Shown here: piece after piece, positions 62,001-64,000 of the stretch | How positions within the stretch are numbered: the stretch's first letter is position 1 | How the letters are laid out: the number at the start of each line of letters is the position of its first letter | From: the human T2T-CHM13v2.0 reference genome, Homo sapiens | Strand: one strand, 5' to 3' | DNA length: 64,000 bases | Assembly: GCF_009914755.1 (NCBI RefSeq) | Contig: NC_060941.1 | Program-made: the position numbers and the translations under genes | The notes under the pieces: generated by a model | Told to the model about the DNA's origin: nothing | The model's input: only the letters and a program-made list of their open reading frames with translations | Database searches by the model: none

Positions 62001-64000
62001 GCAGTCTCAGAATCTTCTTGTGATGTTTGCATTCAAATCCCAGAATTGAACCTTCCTTTGAAAGTTCAGGTTGGAAACACTCTTTTTGCAGGATCTACAA
62101 GTGGATATTCGGACCACTCTGTGGACTTCGTTCGAAACGGGTATATCTTCACATAACATCTAGACAGAAGCATTCTCAGAAACTTTTCTGTGATGACTGC
62201 ATTCAACTCACAGAGTTGAACACTCCTTTTGAGAGCGCAGTTTTGAAACTCTCTTTCTCTGGAATCTGCAAGGGGACATGCAGACCTCTTTAAAGGTTTC
62301 GTTGGAAACGGAATCATCTTCACATAAAAATTACACAGAAGCATCCTCAGGAACTCCTTGGTGATGTTTGTATTCAACTTCCAGAGTTGAACTTTCCTTC
62401 GGAAAGAGCAGCTATGAAACACTCTTTTTCTAGAATCTGCAAGTGGACATTGGGAGGGCTGTGAGGTTTGTGGTGGAAAAGGAAATATCTCCACATAAAT
62501 ACTAGATAGAAGCCTTCTCAGAAACTCCTTTGTGATGATTGCATTCACCTCACGGAGTGGAGCATTCCTATTGACAGAGCAGTTTGGAAACACTCTTGTT
62601 TTAGAATCTGCTAGTGGAGATTTGGAGCGCTTTGAGGCCTATGGTAGTAAAGGGAAGAGCTTCACATAAAATCTAGACAGAAGCATTCTCAGAAAATACT
62701 TTGTGATGATTGAGTTTAACACACAGAGCTGAACATTCCTTTGGATGGAGAAGGTTTGAAACACACTTTCTGTAGAATCTGCGAGTGGATATTTGGACCT
62801 CTCTGAGGATTTCGTTGGAAACGGGATAACTGCACCTAACAAAACGGAAGCATTCTCACAAAATTCCTTGTGATGTTTGCATTCAAATCCCAGAGTTGAA
62901 CCTTCCTTTGATAGTTCAGCTTTGAAACACTCTTTTTGTAGGATCTGCTGGTGGATATTTGGACCACTCTTTGGCCTTCGTTCGAAACGGGTACATCTTC
63001 AAATAAAATCTAGACAGAAGCCTTCTCAGAAACTTCTCTGTGACGATTGCATTCAACTCAATGCGTTGAACCCTCCTATGGATAGAGCAGTTTTGAATCT
63101 CTCTTTTTGTGGAATCTGCAAGTGGATATGTGGTCCTCTTTGAAGATGTCTTTGGAAACGGGAATATCTTCACATAAAAACTAAACAGAAGCATTCTCAG
63201 AAACTTCTCTGTGATGTTTGTGTTCAACTCACAGAGTTTCACGTTGCTTTTCATAGAGCAGATGAGAAACATGCTTTTCGTAGGGTCTGCAAGTGGACAT
63301 TTGGAGAGATTTCAGCCCTGTGGTGGAAAACGAATTATCGTCACGTAAAAACTAGAGAGAAGCATTGTCAGAAACTTGTTTGTGATGACTGCATTCAACT
63401 CACAGAGTTGAAGGTTCCTTTTCAAACAGCAGTTTCCAAACACTCTTTCTGTGGCATCTGCAAGTGGATGTTTGGGCCTCTTTGAAGATTTCGTTGGAAA
63501 CGGGATAATCTTCACAGAAAAGCTAAACAGAAGCATTCTCAGAAACTTCTTTGTGATGTTTGCTTTCAACTCACAGAGTTGAACTTTCCTTTTGAGAGAG
63601 AAGCTTTGAAACACTCTTTTTCTAGAATCTGCAAGTGGATATTTGGAGGGCTTTGAGGCCTGTGGTGGAAAAGGAATTATCTTCCCGTAAGAACTAGATA
63701 GATGCATTCTCAGAAACTACTTTGTGACGATTGCATTCAAGTCACAGAGGTGAACATTCCCTTTCAGAGAGCACTTTGGAAACTCTCGTTGTGTAGAATC
63801 TGCAAGTGGAGATATGGACCGCTTTGAGGCCTATGGTAGTAAAGGAAACAGCTTCATATAAAAACTAGACAGCAGCATTCTCAGAAAACTCTTTGTGACG
63901 ACTGAGTTTAACTCACAGGGCTGAACATTCCTTTGGATGGAGCAGTTTGGAAACACACTATCTGTAGGATCTGCAAGCGGATACTTGGGCCTCTCTGAGG
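50070..64000 (+). repeat. Four-HOR (9513 bp) period: U22-U23 repeated as U26-U27, with U24/U25 an internal near-identical pair
   Basis: Deletions at 50741/60254 and 51931/61444, TTTAAAGG 52779/62292, CTCAATGCG 53549/63062, all 9513 bp apart. U24/U25 share TTCTATAGA 55638/58017, CAGTAACT 55896/58275 and TCTTCAAG 55984/58363. Confidence 0.92.

Larger units (their letters stand above)
1..64000 (+). repeat. Alpha satellite higher-order-repeat array, 14-mer HOR of 2379 bp, about 27 tandem copies, single orientation
   Basis: Alphoid consensus motifs recur about every 171 bp (CAGAAGCATTCTCAGAAACT, TGTGATG..TGCATTCAACTCACAGAGTTGAAC, GAATCTGCAAGTGGATATTTGG). The ORF track repeats at 182, 2561, 4940, ... 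with period 2379, except 2378 for three units (38246>40624>43002>45380) and 2376 for two (50138>52514, 59651>62027). One GAATTC per unit. The array runs off both window ends. Confidence 0.99.

Noticed and set aside
47798-62593. Extended 175-aa minus-strand ORFs in U21-23 and U26-27
   Set aside because: Caused by a single AACTAC>AACTCC change removing a minus-strand stop; useful only as a lineage marker.
182-63707. Recurrent 80-142 aa ORFs on both strands as a repeated gene cluster
   Set aside because: They are translations of alpha satellite monomers, overlap on both strands, often start at TTG/GTG, show no recognisable domain, and are gained or lost by single SNVs or indels.
1-64000. CRISPR-like repeat-spacer array
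   Set aside because: The sequence between conserved motifs is itself homologous monomer sequence repeating every 2379 bp; there are no unique spacers, leader or cas genes.
1-64000. Alu/L1 insertion, inversion or non-satellite island
   Set aside because: Unit spacing never departs from 2376-2379 bp and ORF strand patterns are constant, leaving no room for an insertion or strand switch.

Overview
The whole 64 kb window is one uninterrupted head-to-tail array of primate, most likely human, centromeric alpha satellite DNA. About 171-bp monomers are organised into a 14-monomer higher-order repeat (HOR) of 2379 bp, present in about 27 copies (called U1-U27 here, each starting at its single EcoRI site: 114, 2493, 4872, ... 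61959). The HOR has a pentameric (suprachromosomal family 3, W1-W5) substructure. From memory it resembles the chromosome 17 D17Z1 family, and its 14-mer size fits the sister arrays D17Z1-B/-C best; this was not verified by alignment. There are no genes, RNA genes, transposon insertions, inversions or monomer-number variants, and all listed ORFs are by-products of the repeat. I found no new protein-coding system. The informative signal is in the variants between copies: nested duplications of 1, 2, 3 and 4 HORs, a left-to-right haplotype gradient, lineage-specific loss of CENP-B boxes, recombinant or converted units, and repeated lesions at the AGGCCT motif next to the A-box.
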